Under the pieces are notes generated by a model. The model was not told the DNA's origin and searched no databases. It saw nothing but the letters and a program-made list of their open reading frames with translations. From Chrysomallon squamiferum (lineage: Eukaryota > Animalia > Mollusca), in contig CM022677.1 of the NCBI GenBank assembly GCA_012295275.1, forward strand, positions 12,214,001 to 12,278,000: a DNA stretch of 64,000 nucleotides, read 5' to 3'. This document shows, one piece after another, positions 1 to 12,900 of this stretch (positions are counted from its first letter, which is position 1; each line of letters begins with the position of its first letter). Both the position numbers and the translations under genes were made by a program.

Positions 1-519
1 GGAAGTTTTGAGTTCTCAAAGATTTAAATTTTAATCATGTGAATGGTCTAGCAGCAATGGATATTTACCAACTTGGGTTCACTTAACAATGTAGGTGTAC
101 TTTGCAGATATATGGAACAAAATTGAGGTTTGTTTGAAATGGTAACAGTGTGCAAATCGCAAATTAAATATTAATATCATGGAATTATTCTACTGAAAAC
201 CTAGAAATTGTGATCACTGAAATCAGGATAAAAAGATCTACAGTTATAGTTAGGTTGTATTTCCAGAACAGAAAGTCACTTTGGAATTATCTACTACCGG
301 TGCTTACACTACAAAATTAAATTTGGAATCCAGTGAATGTTAGAAAATGGAATCCAATTCTTTTATTTTAAATAAAATTGACATGTGACCTATGGAAATG
401 GCAATACTCCCTTAGAAATAACTGTATTAGCACATTTCTTTTCTAATATTGAAATAATTTAGCAAAATGTAGAAAAATAACAACCAACTAAAACAATTGT
501 ATTGTATATATTTTTGCAG

Positions 520-825
520 GTTTGATGACCTTAACAGGTGTTGCCAGTGGTGTGTTGAGTCAGATCTACACATTCCAGTGTTCTGCATCAGGCAGCATCA
601 CTTCACCTGTCAGCTTTCTAAGAAATGGAAATACTGTGTGTTTACTCCTGTCACACTGTGGTGAAGTCAGTGTTCTGCCTGGTTACCCTTGTACATGTGC
701 TGGTCAGACTGGAACTTCTAAACTCCTCAATCTGACAATAAACAGTGTCAGTCTTGAAGATGAAGCTACCTGGACATGTACCTATGATACAAGTGCTAGC
801 AACAGATTTGATTTACCAGTTTTGA
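520..825 (+). CDS. Ig-like domain exon of an Ig-superfamily cell-surface protein
   Basis: Acceptor TTTTTGCAG before 520 and donor GTAAG after 825; phase 1-1 exon. Translation has YTFQC...LNLTINSVSLEDEATWTC, the Ig B- and F-strand cysteines with a D-x-A-x-W-x-C motif. Confidence 0.85.
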
Positions 826-1031
826 GTAAGTTATTTGTTTTTAATATGATAAAATAATACATTTTATTTATTTTAAATGTTATTCTTTGTTCTAGCTACC
901 ATTTATTGTGGGGTTCTTTTATTCCATTAAAGAATTATGTTTTATGTTACAGCAAGTTGGATATAAAATGAAAATATAAAGTCAGCAAAGACAACATATT
1001 TTCTATTTTAATTTTTAACATCAAGGTATTA

Positions 1032-1065
<34 letters not shown>

Positions 1066-1380
1066 GTAAATGTCAACAATGTTAATCATTATGTAACTTG
1101 AATTGATATACAAGATAGAGGCTAACATCACTGAAGTTGGTGAAGTAGTTCCAAAGATAGGCCATTTTCAAAAATGTATTGCATCTGATTACTATAGGAT
1201 TTCATATTTGGTAATCTACAACATAACAAAAAATACAACAACAAAATATTTCTGTTCTAAGAATGGAACTTTAACCATTAGTTTACTTATTCTGTAAAAT
1301 ACATGAGTTGAAATATGCAAAAAATCCAAGCACTTATTTACATCCTAATTAAATAAAATGAATACAGTGTGTGTGTGTCA

Positions 1381-1384
<4 letters not shown>

Positions 1385-1448
<64 letters not shown>
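1385..1448. repeat. (GA)n microsatellite
   Basis: Pure dinucleotide run; similar runs at 9310-9400, 19522-19575 and 41902-41947. Confidence 0.95.
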
Positions 1449-1450
<2 letters not shown>

Positions 1451-3401
1451 GTTAATCATATTTGTCCACATCTGTATATTTTGTGTTATGAACCATATCC
1501 AGTTTCTATTACACACATTTGTTTTAAAATGTTATGTTAAAAAAAGAATGATAGTTGTTAAATGTAACATATGGTGAAGGTGTTTGTGTCTCTTCATTTT
1601 GTACCATGTTTAATGATGGTAACACTCACATTAATGTTTTCAGCAGATGTGCCATTTGATGAAACCACACCTACTGATAAAACTTAATGTTATTGTTATT
1701 TTCAAAATTGTACCTTCCTGTCAGTTATGTGGCCTAGCTCCTTCAATTTTACAATACTTTTTTTTTCTTTCAAATCTTTAATAACCCCTAGATCTTTTGG
1801 TTCACTTATATTACAGCCTTTACAAAGAAGGAAAGAAAAAAAACTTCATCTTTGTTGAAAGCTCAGAGAAGAATCCTCAGTAGCTTGAATAAATGATGAT
1901 ATATATGCCATAAGTTATCCTTCAGTCTCTTTCACAAGTTGTCCTGAAGTGTGTAAATATGGGGGTATTCAGCTGATTTTATGGCATCATAAATATATAC
2001 TAATTCATGTCATTCCCCTAAAGTATAAAAAGTGTTTAATAATATATGTAGAGCCATTTTTCATTTATTCAAATTTGGAGTTACCCAATTGCATTGCAAT
2101 ATATTTTGCACTATCTGTAGACCAAGAATCTATATTCTAGCAATTTAGTGCAAGTTGTAACTGGCAGCTATGTAATAAATATGCAAATCACATTGTTATA
2201 TATTTCAAACTGTTTTTGGCCTATAATACAGTTTAATGTTAGGTAGATGAAAAATAAGACAACCAGGAAAAGTTAGCTGAAAAAACAAATAATAAAAAAA
2301 TAAAGCAACAAAGAAAAAGAATGACTGTGGAAATATGGAAAAAAAGAACTGTGCCACATATATATATTATATGGGACATTATACACTTGAGACATATCTT
2401 ATAGTAATAAAAGTTTTTAGTATCTGCTTTTAATAGATATTGCCAGGTATGATAATATTTGTATTTTGTGTGTAATACAAATATTTTTCATGGTGTAATG
2501 AAAATGAAAAACAATACAATAAAATCATGTAAAATGTATTTAATAACTGATTTGTTAAAAAAAATCCAAGAAAGAAAACAACAAAAAATTCATATTTTAC
2601 ACACACAAAATTTACTTTAAATAAAATGGCACTTGTTTAAACAAGAGGCTGATCATTGTAAATTAGGAGATTTAAAAAAATATATATGTTCTGAATTTTA
2701 CACTGGAAATGTCTTCAAGTGTTCATAAAAGAAATATGTTAAACTGAAGATCTAGAAAATGTGTATTCAAATTTAAATTATAATAAATAAACAAAAAAAG
2801 CAAAAACAATAATTACATAAAAATCATATCATGTATAGAAGGCAGCATCTGTACACTCAGAAATGTTTTAAATTTACAGAGGTAAAGGTTTCCTAGAATA
2901 ATTTTATATCCAAAGAAAAACATTATAACAATATATATAATCTAGTACAATTTTTACTAAATTGTCTTAAACACTTCTTAATGCCAACTTTCTTACTTTC
3001 TACAAAAGTAAAAATTTGCTCTTTTTGTGACATATCAGCTTCATTGAAACAGGGATTTTTTTTATTTCATTATTATTTTTATATACATATTTTTTAATTC
3101 ATCAATTGTTTAATTTTTATATATATATTTTTGATCTGATTGAAGACAAACCTATTTGAAATTATTAAAATGTGCAGTCATAAGCTGAGAATAATATAGT
3201 TTTGCCATTGTAGCAGATACATTCAGCATTTTTACCAATTAATTAAAATAACTGTTTTAAGATCATTTAATAAGAAATATATCTTGTTTTCTGTTTATTA
3301 ATATTTGCTATTTGAAACAAACTTAATAATTATCTGTGCGTTATGGTTTGATTACATCATAAGGAATAGTACAGTGAATTTTCTTTATCTTCATTTTCCA
3401 G

Positions 3402-3740
3402 CTCCAGTTAATTATACAATCACAGAAGTTTCTGGATCAAGGCCAAACTCATTTAACATCACTGAGGGAAACTCTGCTGTTTTTACCTGTGTTGTACAGG
3501 GAGCCAAACCAGCACCGACTGTTTCACAGATCTTGTGGTACGTAGACAGTAACAAGCTTCCTGTCAGCATCACTGGATCTCCAACTACTACTGACAGACT
3601 GACAACATCAAGTGTGACGTACACAGCCAGCAGAGAACATGATGGTCAGAACGTTTTCTGTGCTGCTGAAAATAAGTTGATGATTGACCAAAGTATTCCT
3701 GCTGTCAGCTCAACTAACAAAATTGAACTACATATACAAA
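3402..3740 (+). CDS. Second Ig-like (C2/CD80-like, nephrin/Kirre-type) domain exon
   Basis: Acceptor CATTTTCCAG in phase 1, compatible with the 520-825 exon. Translation has EGNSAVFTCVVQGAKPAP...ILWY...TSSVTYTASREHDGQNVFCAAEN. The donor after 3740 (GTGATC) is weak. Confidence 0.85.
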
Positions 3741-4449
3741 GTGATCACCATTTTATCTTTGTATTTTATTTCTCACCTTGTGTAAAATGAAGAAGTAGTT
3801 TCAAATGTAATACACATATTGTATGTGTGTGTGTGTGTGTGTTACATCTTTATGTTTGTATATGTGTGTGTACATGCATGTATGGTTTTTAGTAACAAGT
3901 CTGAAAGTAACCAGCACCTAACAAATACTGTTTATTTGAAATGTATGATTTGTAACATTTTGATATTAACGATGATTTAGATTAATGTACAGAATTGATT
4001 CAGTGCTGCTAACTGTAAAATAGTGTGCATGTGCTTTAAGAATAAATCTCACTACAATGGAACAAATATCAGGAATATCTGAGTTTTCTTCACAGAATGA
4101 TTTATTGACCTATTCAGAAATTATTCAGTGAGATCTGGGTTTACGCCTTTAAAACATGACCAGATCAATAATTATTCCCAGTCAGTAAGTTAATTTTGAT
4201 ACCAGAGTCTATTCTTACTGGCTTTGTTGCAGAGTTTTATTTGGCTTTGAATAACATGAACAAATTAAAATATGGCAAATTAGAAACAGTTTGATCAAAT
4301 TTAGTGACAGGTCTGGTATATTTTCATTTGTGACAGCCATGACAGATCATTTTGATAGGGTGAAGAATTTTTTTTATTTCCAGACTTTAATTTTTTAAAC
4401 AAAACTGCTAATAGTGGATGGATCAATGAATAACATATTTCCTTTTTAG

Positions 4450-4726
4450 CAGAAGAAAGAAATTCAACAACCTGGGATCAGGTTCTGGCTGTAATTTAGT
4501 TTGTATTATCCTCATTACAGTTTTCACTCTCACAGGTCTTTGTATAATCATAACATGCTGTCTGATATCACTAAGAAATCAAAACACAAAGAAAAATGAT
4601 AAAACTACAAATATTGAACTGAGCAGTAAAACGGACACTGAAAAGTCTCAAACTGAGGTTTCTGTTGATATCAAAGCAGAAGAAAAGTGTAACATTCAAG
4701 AGAACATTGACAAAAAAGCTCAATAA
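4450..4726 (+). CDS. Transmembrane plus cytoplasmic-tail exon of the Ig gene, with an apparent 1-nt frameshift
   Basis: Acceptor TTTTTAG at 4449. The phase-1 frame reads EERNSTTWDQVLAVI* (TAG 4497-4499). The shifted frame continues LVCIILITVFTLTGLCIIITCCLISLRNQ...DKKAQ* (TAA 4724-4726). Confidence 0.6.
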
Positions 4727-5817
4727 AATAGTTTAACTTTCAGGGAATTCAAATATTTACAGCAGTTTCTTCTAATGAATATACATGTACAGGCCTATAT
4801 ATATGAGCATATATCTATATATCTAGCTATCTATCTATATATGAATGTATGTATATATTCAGATTTTCAAAAATAATTTACACAGTTCTCTTAACTCACA
4901 TTTAAATTGTAATTAACATGTTTCTCACAATACACTTCTTTGTAAATACAAAGAAACACCAATGAGTAAGAGTTAATGGTTTACTATGGCAGTTCTTTGA
5001 AGACTGTATGCAATTATATATTATGTAACGTAGCACTTTTGTTTTAGCTCAACAGTGAAAACCATGTTAAATATTGTGCAAGCATTAGGCTCTGGCTGCT
5101 TTTAGCTCCATTGGAAAGCTAATAAAATATGTAGCAAGATTAGTAAAAGTAAAATCAACATATTTTTTTCAAAAAAAAATATATTTCAAGCATAAATTAC
5201 AATCAGTCGAATTACCACTGTAACATCGTTTCATACAGGTAACTGAATATATATTTGGCAGAACTTAGAGTTGCAAATAGTGAAAAGCTGTTACCATTAT
5301 AGTAGTTCAGTTGATTATTTTCAGTGAAAAACATTTTCTGCTGGCGGTTGTAAACCAGTGAGTGTACAGAACAGTTCATTTAAAGAAGGAAAGGCTTTTG
5401 TGTGAATTTGTGGTGGGATTTTGAACAGGTGACTGTTAGACGAGTTTCGACTCTTGTCTGTGTGTATGTATGTACAGGTAGATAGCCAAACAGACAGACA
5501 CAGATACACTTTGATAATTCAATACTGAAAAGTATCAATAAAATAGTTTAACTTTCAGGTAATTCAAATATTTACAGCAGCTTCTTCTAATGAATATACA
5601 TGTACAGGCATATATATCTAGCTATCTATATATGTATGTATGTATGTATTCAGATTTACAAACATAATTCACAGTTCTCTTAATTCACATTTAAATTTCA
5701 AATATCATGTTTCCCACAATACACTCCTTTGTAAATACAAAGAAACACCAATGAGTAAGAGTTAATGGTTCACTATGGCAGTTCTTTCAAGACTGTATGT
5801 AATTATATATTATGTAA
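4720..5817 (+). repeat. ~300 bp direct duplication (4720-5028 and 5535-5817) of the Ig gene stop codon/3'UTR region
   Basis: Both copies start TCAATAAAATAGTTTAACTTTCAGG and end ATTATATATTATGTAA, with scattered substitutions. Confidence 0.9.
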
Positions 5818-6701
5818 AGAAGCCCTTCGCTTTACATAGGCAGATGACCTATAGCAAGTTCATTTTATTCTGCTTAAAGAACAACTTACTATTTTCTGCT
5901 TTGAGTTTTCAGAGGCTAATTTCAATTAAATCAGTAGTCTAGGACCGCAAAGAAACTTTGAGAAACAGGTTTTTACTGTTGTCAGCAATTGAATGTTTGA
6001 AAGTTATTAAGAACGAATATATACAAGACTTTCACTTCTGGAGATAGACGTGCTTGAAAGATATGAGTATATGTGTGCTGCCTGAAAATTTGGTAGTAAT
6101 TAAAGGATTATTTATTTATTTATTTATTTTAGATGATACAAACGGAAGCGATTCGATATTTTCTTCAATGATTTATGTAATAATCACGTAAGTAATCTAG
6201 GAACTATTTTCTTTTTATTAGTTATTTTATTGTAAGATTAATTGCATCAGCTTTCCTCTCAGAATATCTGCATGTATCATTTGTACCGCTCATGTATCGC
6301 TCAGTCTGTTTGTTTTGTGATTCTGTATATCTACTTTTCTGTCGGATAGTCTTCTTTTCAAGTATTTGTGTATGTATGTGTATATGCATTATCTATATAT
6401 ACATGTAAAGATGTGCCTGTATCAGTGTATGTAATGATGTATATATACATATATTGTCTTTTTGATGTCTGTGTGCCTTTCTTGTCTGTGTCTGTGTTTA
6501 TCTATTTCCGTGTGTCTAATAATTCTTTGTTTATCATTTTTATTTCATCTTTATTTTATCTTTCTTCAGGTTTATCAACACTTTAGTCATCACTGGTTTG
6601 CTGTAGATCTACAGACTCCTCAGATATAGATAAACACGGAGATATGAGATGTATAAAATATTGACAACTATCTAAATTATATTCTTGTTTCTTTTTGGGG
6701 C

Positions 6702-6704
<3 letters not shown>

Positions 6705-6777
<73 letters not shown>
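6705..6777. repeat. (ATT)n microsatellite
   Basis: Pure trinucleotide run; many others occur, e.g. ~16016, 22422, 38010, 62312. Confidence 0.95.
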
Positions 6778-6778
<1 letters not shown>

Positions 6779-9306
6779 TTTGTATATTTATATATGTATT
6801 AATATGATTGTATTTATTTTTTTATTTTTTTAAGTTTTTCTAATTATATATCCCTAAATGAAATATATTACATATGTATGGTTCTAGAATTTAATTTGTA
6901 AGTAAATACAATATTTTATTTAGTGTGAAAGACTGATCTTATAACATTTTGACAGTTATTTTTAGAATAATTGGATAGAATTTAAAAACTGTTTTACTGG
7001 CGGTAATAGAATGTTTGTTAAGCAGATTATAATTATTAGTTACGTAATAATTACGAGTTTCTTTTTATCATTTGTAAGTAAATAGTGAATTAGTATACAT
7101 CTGCCAAATACTTGTTAGAATTACAAATCAGAAGTAAGTGATCAGTTAGAATGCTGGTATCTTTTCAGTACAGATATAAATCTTGAAACTAAAGCTGTTA
7201 TTCATATTACATATATATAAATATATTACTTACATAGTTTTATAGTTTGAATTTAAAGTAACAATGTATTCTCTGAACAGCATCATGATTGAGAGAACAA
7301 GTAGGAATCATCTCGTTTAGCGAAGACGAAATAAAATTTCTCTTCCTAAAATCTGAATATTTCCACATTGTTTGACTGATGTATAAGATACAACGTGAAC
7401 TAAAACTGGATACAACTCAAATCTGTCATGTTGACTTATGTCTTCAACATAGTGAGATCTAAAAAACGAAAAAAGAAAAACATTTTAATATGAAATTAAG
7501 TGGAGGCGTTGTAATATTTTATTCAATACTGAAATCTGTTTTCTCTGTTATACACAAATTCATACAAAGGCTTGCAGATTATTCAAATATAAGGAAGACA
7601 TTTATCAGTTTACCTAAATCTTATGTAAAGCTGTCTCTATGCTCCTGCAAAGGTCAACTCATTTTTGTGATCTTAATTTCCTTCCTTGAAAGGGTTTTCC
7701 TCATTTGTGTTTCTTTTTGTTATTTTCTAAAAAAGCAAATATCATGATGTATTATATATATTCAGCTTCATTTTCATATTCGTTTCTAGATTCATGAACT
7801 TTGATAAACAATTGAGAACTGACAGACACGTTTATAGTTTCCTTTATAGTCTGCCAAATTTCATACAAATAAATGAATTAACAGTTACTGAAATTGGGAA
7901 ATTAATAATTAAGGTACATCTGAGCTATTTAGTGCAATTAATTAAAATTTGTTAATTTCTGCATCATGCTTTAAAATACTGTTGAGCTTTAGAAATCATC
8001 ATTTTGATATAAAACGTGTATACTGGTTTGAAACTGTATGAGATATTCAGTATTCTGTTTCCCAAATGACTGAAATGAATCTCAGATTTTTCCAGATTAT
8101 AAAGGAAAAATACCAAGAAAATTTATTCAGATAAAAATTCTCCAATTTTTTATTTTATTTTTATTTTATTTTATTTTTTTTTTTTTTTTGTCATTATTTT
8201 TAAGTTATATACTTTAAAAGATAATTATATTTTTGAAAATACTATTACATAGCTGCTAAATATAATTACATAATAATTTAAATGAAAAGCAAAATATAAC
8301 TGATTACTCTGCTGATTGATCAGTAAAAATTCAGCTAAATGTTTGCAAAAAAAAAGAAAAAAAAAAAGAAAAAGACACTCGAGTCTTGTGACAAGATTCT
8401 ACATCGTATTGTTTAATAATTCATTTTCGATTATCTGCCCTTGAAAACTTTCCATAAAGCAGACGACGAAACATTTTACTAACTAAATTACAAACATGTA
8501 CTCCAAAGTATATAAAGAATACAAAAAAAAAGAAGCAAAAAACATTTCAAGAAAGTTCTACCATTAACTGTATACCTAAAGAAGTCAAATCTTCGTGATT
8601 CTTAGAATCTACATTTAACTGAAAAAAAACATAAATAACAAACACCGCAAATAAAAGAGAAATCGCGCCTCCCCCGAAATAATATATTATATGAAATGAT
8701 ATGAGAGTAGTCTCCCTTAAGCTATAGTTTGTTTCTTTCTTCTGTTTGTGGGGTTCTCGGTGTACGTCACTGCACACCACAGAAAATCGCTGATAACGAA
8801 ACGTCGTATATAGCTGTATAATGAGTAATAAATGTAAATGTGTAGGTACGTTCCAGGAAAATCAATTTTCATACAATATAAACAATATACCGTATCTATT
8901 AATATGGGATAAATAATTAAAATATAAACAATAAAAATAAATACAGTGGACGCTGTCAAAACCGGATGATTCATTGAGACCAACGTTTTCTCTGTGATTT
9001 TCTACAGTTGCATGTAACAATCACTACATCTGTGTGTATAGCTAAATATTTTTGTTTACACTGGAAACACGTGCAAATCTAATAATGATCTTGTTCATCT
9101 AGCTGCATATTATATTACAAGAAGCTTGATATAATTGTTTGTTAAGCCATCGAAGAAGAGCGATCATTTTATCTCATGCGCTAGTCTAATTATGTTCAAA
9201 TTGCCATCAGTGTTTAAGAAATGATAAAATGTAGAAAATTGTGTTCCAGTGCTAATTACTATATAAACTTTTCTGTTGTTGTGAAATTTGCACCCGGAAT
9301 CACACA

Positions 9307-9405
<99 letters not shown>

Positions 9406-10211
9406 CAGTTTTTAATATAAGAGTACTTGTTTCTTGACCTCATTGTTTAACGCAACATATACGTACGGCAATTTACATCTACAATGGACTTAATATTTTT
9501 TAACTATTGATATTACAAATTTCAGTACATCTCAAAACAGACTTGTCGACGTTTGGCTGAAATAAGTAGAAACTAGTAAGTTTAATACTCTTTTAAGGGA
9601 CTATCAAGTGTTAGAGGCTGATATAATAATAATAACTGATAAAGGCGTTTCCCTCTTTGTTGAAATAATGATGAGATGTTTCATTAAAACAAAATACTTG
9701 AATTACGTGAGAGTAAACAGTATACGGACCTAAGAGAAAATTACTTTTATTATAAATTTTTATTATAAATAATCACATACAGCATCTTTGATTATTATTT
9801 TTTAATAAATAAATAAATAAATAACTAAACAAATAAATAGATACCCATTAAAAATATATCTCCTTTTACAGTTAACACGATCTTTAATTTTTTTAAGGGA
9901 ACAAAGAATACAACAGCAAGCATGTTTATATCGGTTTGTCCACATTCGCATATTTTTTGTTTGTTCTTGTTATATTCTTATTGTTGCTGTCGTTGTATCT
10001 TATATCTAAAGACAAAGTGTAACATTTGCACTGATTCTAAGAAGTTGAAGAAAGTCAAGTTACAAGACGTAATCATTATATTTTGAACGAGAGTAATCTT
10101 TTTTTTTTTAACATATATGCCTATGGAAAATATTTACAAACCAAAAATTAATCAGTAAGCAAGAAACCTCTTTCTAGGACCTGCGCAATTAAAAGTTACA
10201 CTGTATTTTAT

Positions 10212-11515
10212 TTATTCTTCTGGATTTGTGGACCATGGCCGGTTGAATTCTTGTCCCTTTTCTAGAATCCAGTACGTGGCCACCCATTTAGAGCCAATCA
10301 GAACGGGACAAGCTCCATGAATTGTCATTTTGTTAGGCGAACCATTCCGATACAAATTATACCAAAATATAGCTGCACTTGCTTTAGGTTGTATTCTTTC
10401 AAGATTAAGAAACACTGTTGCACCTCCTTCTACATCACTCAAATAGTTTAACCACGTGGCAATTCTGTTTTCACCGGAAGAATCTGCTATGTTGAAATAG
10501 TCAGTATGAGCCGTGAACTGTCCGCCTATTCCATAGTTTGCCACTGAAGTGGTTCTGAAGCTTTCTTTGAAAGACCTGTGATTGCTTCAATTCTTTTCTG
10601 ACTTCTCATGTCTGCTTCTATGCAACCTCTTCCTTGACATGTATGTTTGTTAATTATTTTCTCAGATGTCACATGTTTTCCATAGTTATCGATTTCAGAT
10701 GTTTTTAAAAGTGGCATAGAAAGTGTTTTAATGTCTTCAATTTCAGCATCATTTTCTTTTCTCTTTTCTTTCCTAAGTTTTGATATACTTGAATACTTTT
10801 TCCTCCTGTTCGGAGCACGTTCTAGTCCACGAGCTAACATTAACTGTTCATTTGTCAAATTTAAAACTTGTTTTATCTGTCCCGCTAATTCTCTACCGTG
10901 TATTTCATAGCCATGATTTTTTTTTGTTCTTACTTTCTCAAGACTTGTCTCCATCCAGATATGCACATATTCGTATTTTTTCATTTTGTATGCAAGGCGA
11001 CCTATTTGATAACAGTCTTCTGCTGATAATCTCTGTATATATCGTTCATATATAAAACCTTCTGTTAATCTTGTAGCATTTAATTTGTACGTGTCTTGGA
11101 GTCGAAACACAGCTACAGCGACCCCTTCTAAATCTTCGTAACTTGGAAGATGTTCACGAATTTCTTTTAGTTCAGTCAGCTCTGTCTGGGACGTAATACT
11201 TTCGTGAAGAATAGGCTGAACATCTCGTTCCCAATCCAACGTGAAACGTTAATATATAAAAATCTACCAATTGAGTTGGCGTTGTAACGATCTGGATCTT
11301 TTAGTGCGATCGAACAGTGCTGTTCCATTTGATCTGAAATTGTTTTCAACTTTTCCATTTTAGTTCTTTCTTCATAAACATAGACTGAAATTTCTTAATG
11401 CTGTTCCCAAGTCTCTTCCTGCTAGTACAGACCTGTAGAGATGTGATACGGACGTAAACAGTTCTGAATTCACAGCTGATAAAAGCAAAACTAAAATAGT
11501 ATACTGCTGATACAT
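10212..11515 (-). pseudogene. P4HA: Intronless prolyl 4-hydroxylase alpha subunit pseudogene (decayed retrogene)
   Basis: ATG at 11515 gives signal peptide MYQQYTILVLLLSAVNS/ELFTSVSHL. Motifs include EDLEGVAVAVFRLQDTYKL, LSAEDCYQIGRLAY, ANYGIGGQFTAHTDY, NRIATWLNYLSDVEGGATVF and HGACPVLIGSKWVA. Frameshifts lie near 11385, 11249 and 10545, with an internal deletion before DAEIEDIK. Confidence 0.93.
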
Positions 11516-12117
11516 ATTTAAAGGTATCTACTACTGATATGAATTCTAAATATCTGGTATAAAAATAGAATTTCTGTTATCCTTTGATTATATGTATGTA
11601 CCTATTTTTCTATTTGTCTGTCTGTCTGTCTACGTATATTATGGAAATTATAGAATAATATAACATACAGAAAAAAAAAAAAAAAAAAAAGAAAAAAAAA
11701 CACTCCTTAAGAAAACACGAAAAACAAAAGAAACCCAGTTTAAAATGTGCATTACAACTGTCATTTAGAAGTGACGCACCTCTCAATTTATGAAGATTAA
11801 GAAGGGTTGTCTGCAGTTCTGTTTCTTCTTCAAAATACATACAAGTTAGATGTCACTACTTATCAGTCGTGTATCCAAACTGGCCATGTTAAAACATTTT
11901 ATGTCATTTCTATTTTTTATTATGTTATTACAATATTTTTATTCTTGAATTTTATTTTATGAATGTGTTTGAATAAATGTCAGTTTTAATAGATATAATA
12001 TGTTTTTTTTTGTACAAAAATCATTAAACTTTATTTCATTTCCATTTTTATTTTTCATTCTTTCTCTCTGTAGACGACTATATTCTGTGAATCATGAAGA
12101 ATCTGCTCTTAAATAAA

Positions 12118-12475
12118 CAAATACTGTACAGTAACGTGATATTAGCAGTATTAAGTACATGAATACTATATTGTAGTATGATATTAGTAGCATTAAGTAA
12201 ATAAACACTATACAGTAATGCGATATTAGCAGTATTAAGTAAATAACTACTGAACAGAAAAAATGATATTAAGTAAATAAATACTGTACAGTAACATGAT
12301 ATTAGCAGACATTAAGTAAATAAATACTGAAAAGTAATGTGATATTAGCAGTATTAAGTATATAAATACTATACTGTAATGTGATATTAGTAGCATTAAG
12401 TAAATAAGCACTATACAGTGACGTGATATTAGTAGCATTAAGTAAAAAAATACTGTACAGTGATGTGTGATATTA
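12118..12475. repeat. ~42 bp minisatellite, ~8 copies
   Basis: Unit approximately AATACTGTACAGTAACGTGATATTAGCAGTATTAAGTAAATA. Confidence 0.9.
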
Positions 12476-12476
12476 A

Positions 12477-12900
12477 CCAAGACGTTAAGAACAATCCTGG
12501 AACGACGGCGACATTAGTAGAAATCACAATAGTATGTTTGAAGAGGTGATTCGCCCGCTCAGAAAGTTATTATCCTGGACCAACGGCATTGACGCCTCAT
12601 TAATAGAAATAGAAATGATAGTTTTTAATAAAGGACGGGCACGGTCACAAAATAAGAATAATAGCGAATAAAAAAGAAGAATAATGAATGTTAAGAACAA
12701 TCCTGGAACGATGACGGCCTCATTAATAGAAATATGAATTATATTTTTTTTTGACGTAGGATATGGACACTAATTGCAATATTTAATAAAAGGCAAAATA
12801 ATTTTTTTTTTTCGGACAATGTTTTCAGACGTAGATAAAACACTGGTAAATTCCTGCACAATAATAAGCAACTTATTGTAGTGTGCGTTGTAAGCTTTGT
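12477..12900 (+). repeat. Degenerate ~130 bp-unit tandem repeat family, copy 1
   Basis: Core AAGAACAAT...ACGACGGC...CATTAATAGAAAT. Related arrays occur at ~24420-24840 (+), 36110-36530 (-), 45720-46816 (-) and 48860-49690 (+). Confidence 0.75.

Noticed and set aside
8942-8968. TA|CAGTGGAC... as a Tc1/mariner TIR
   Set aside because: No matching inverted end or transposase remnant was found.
12118-12475. Regularly spaced repeats as a CRISPR array (also 16760-17870 and 40555-40935)
   Set aside because: Units are head-to-tail or separated by (GT)n rather than unique spacers; there are no cas genes and the context is eukaryotic.
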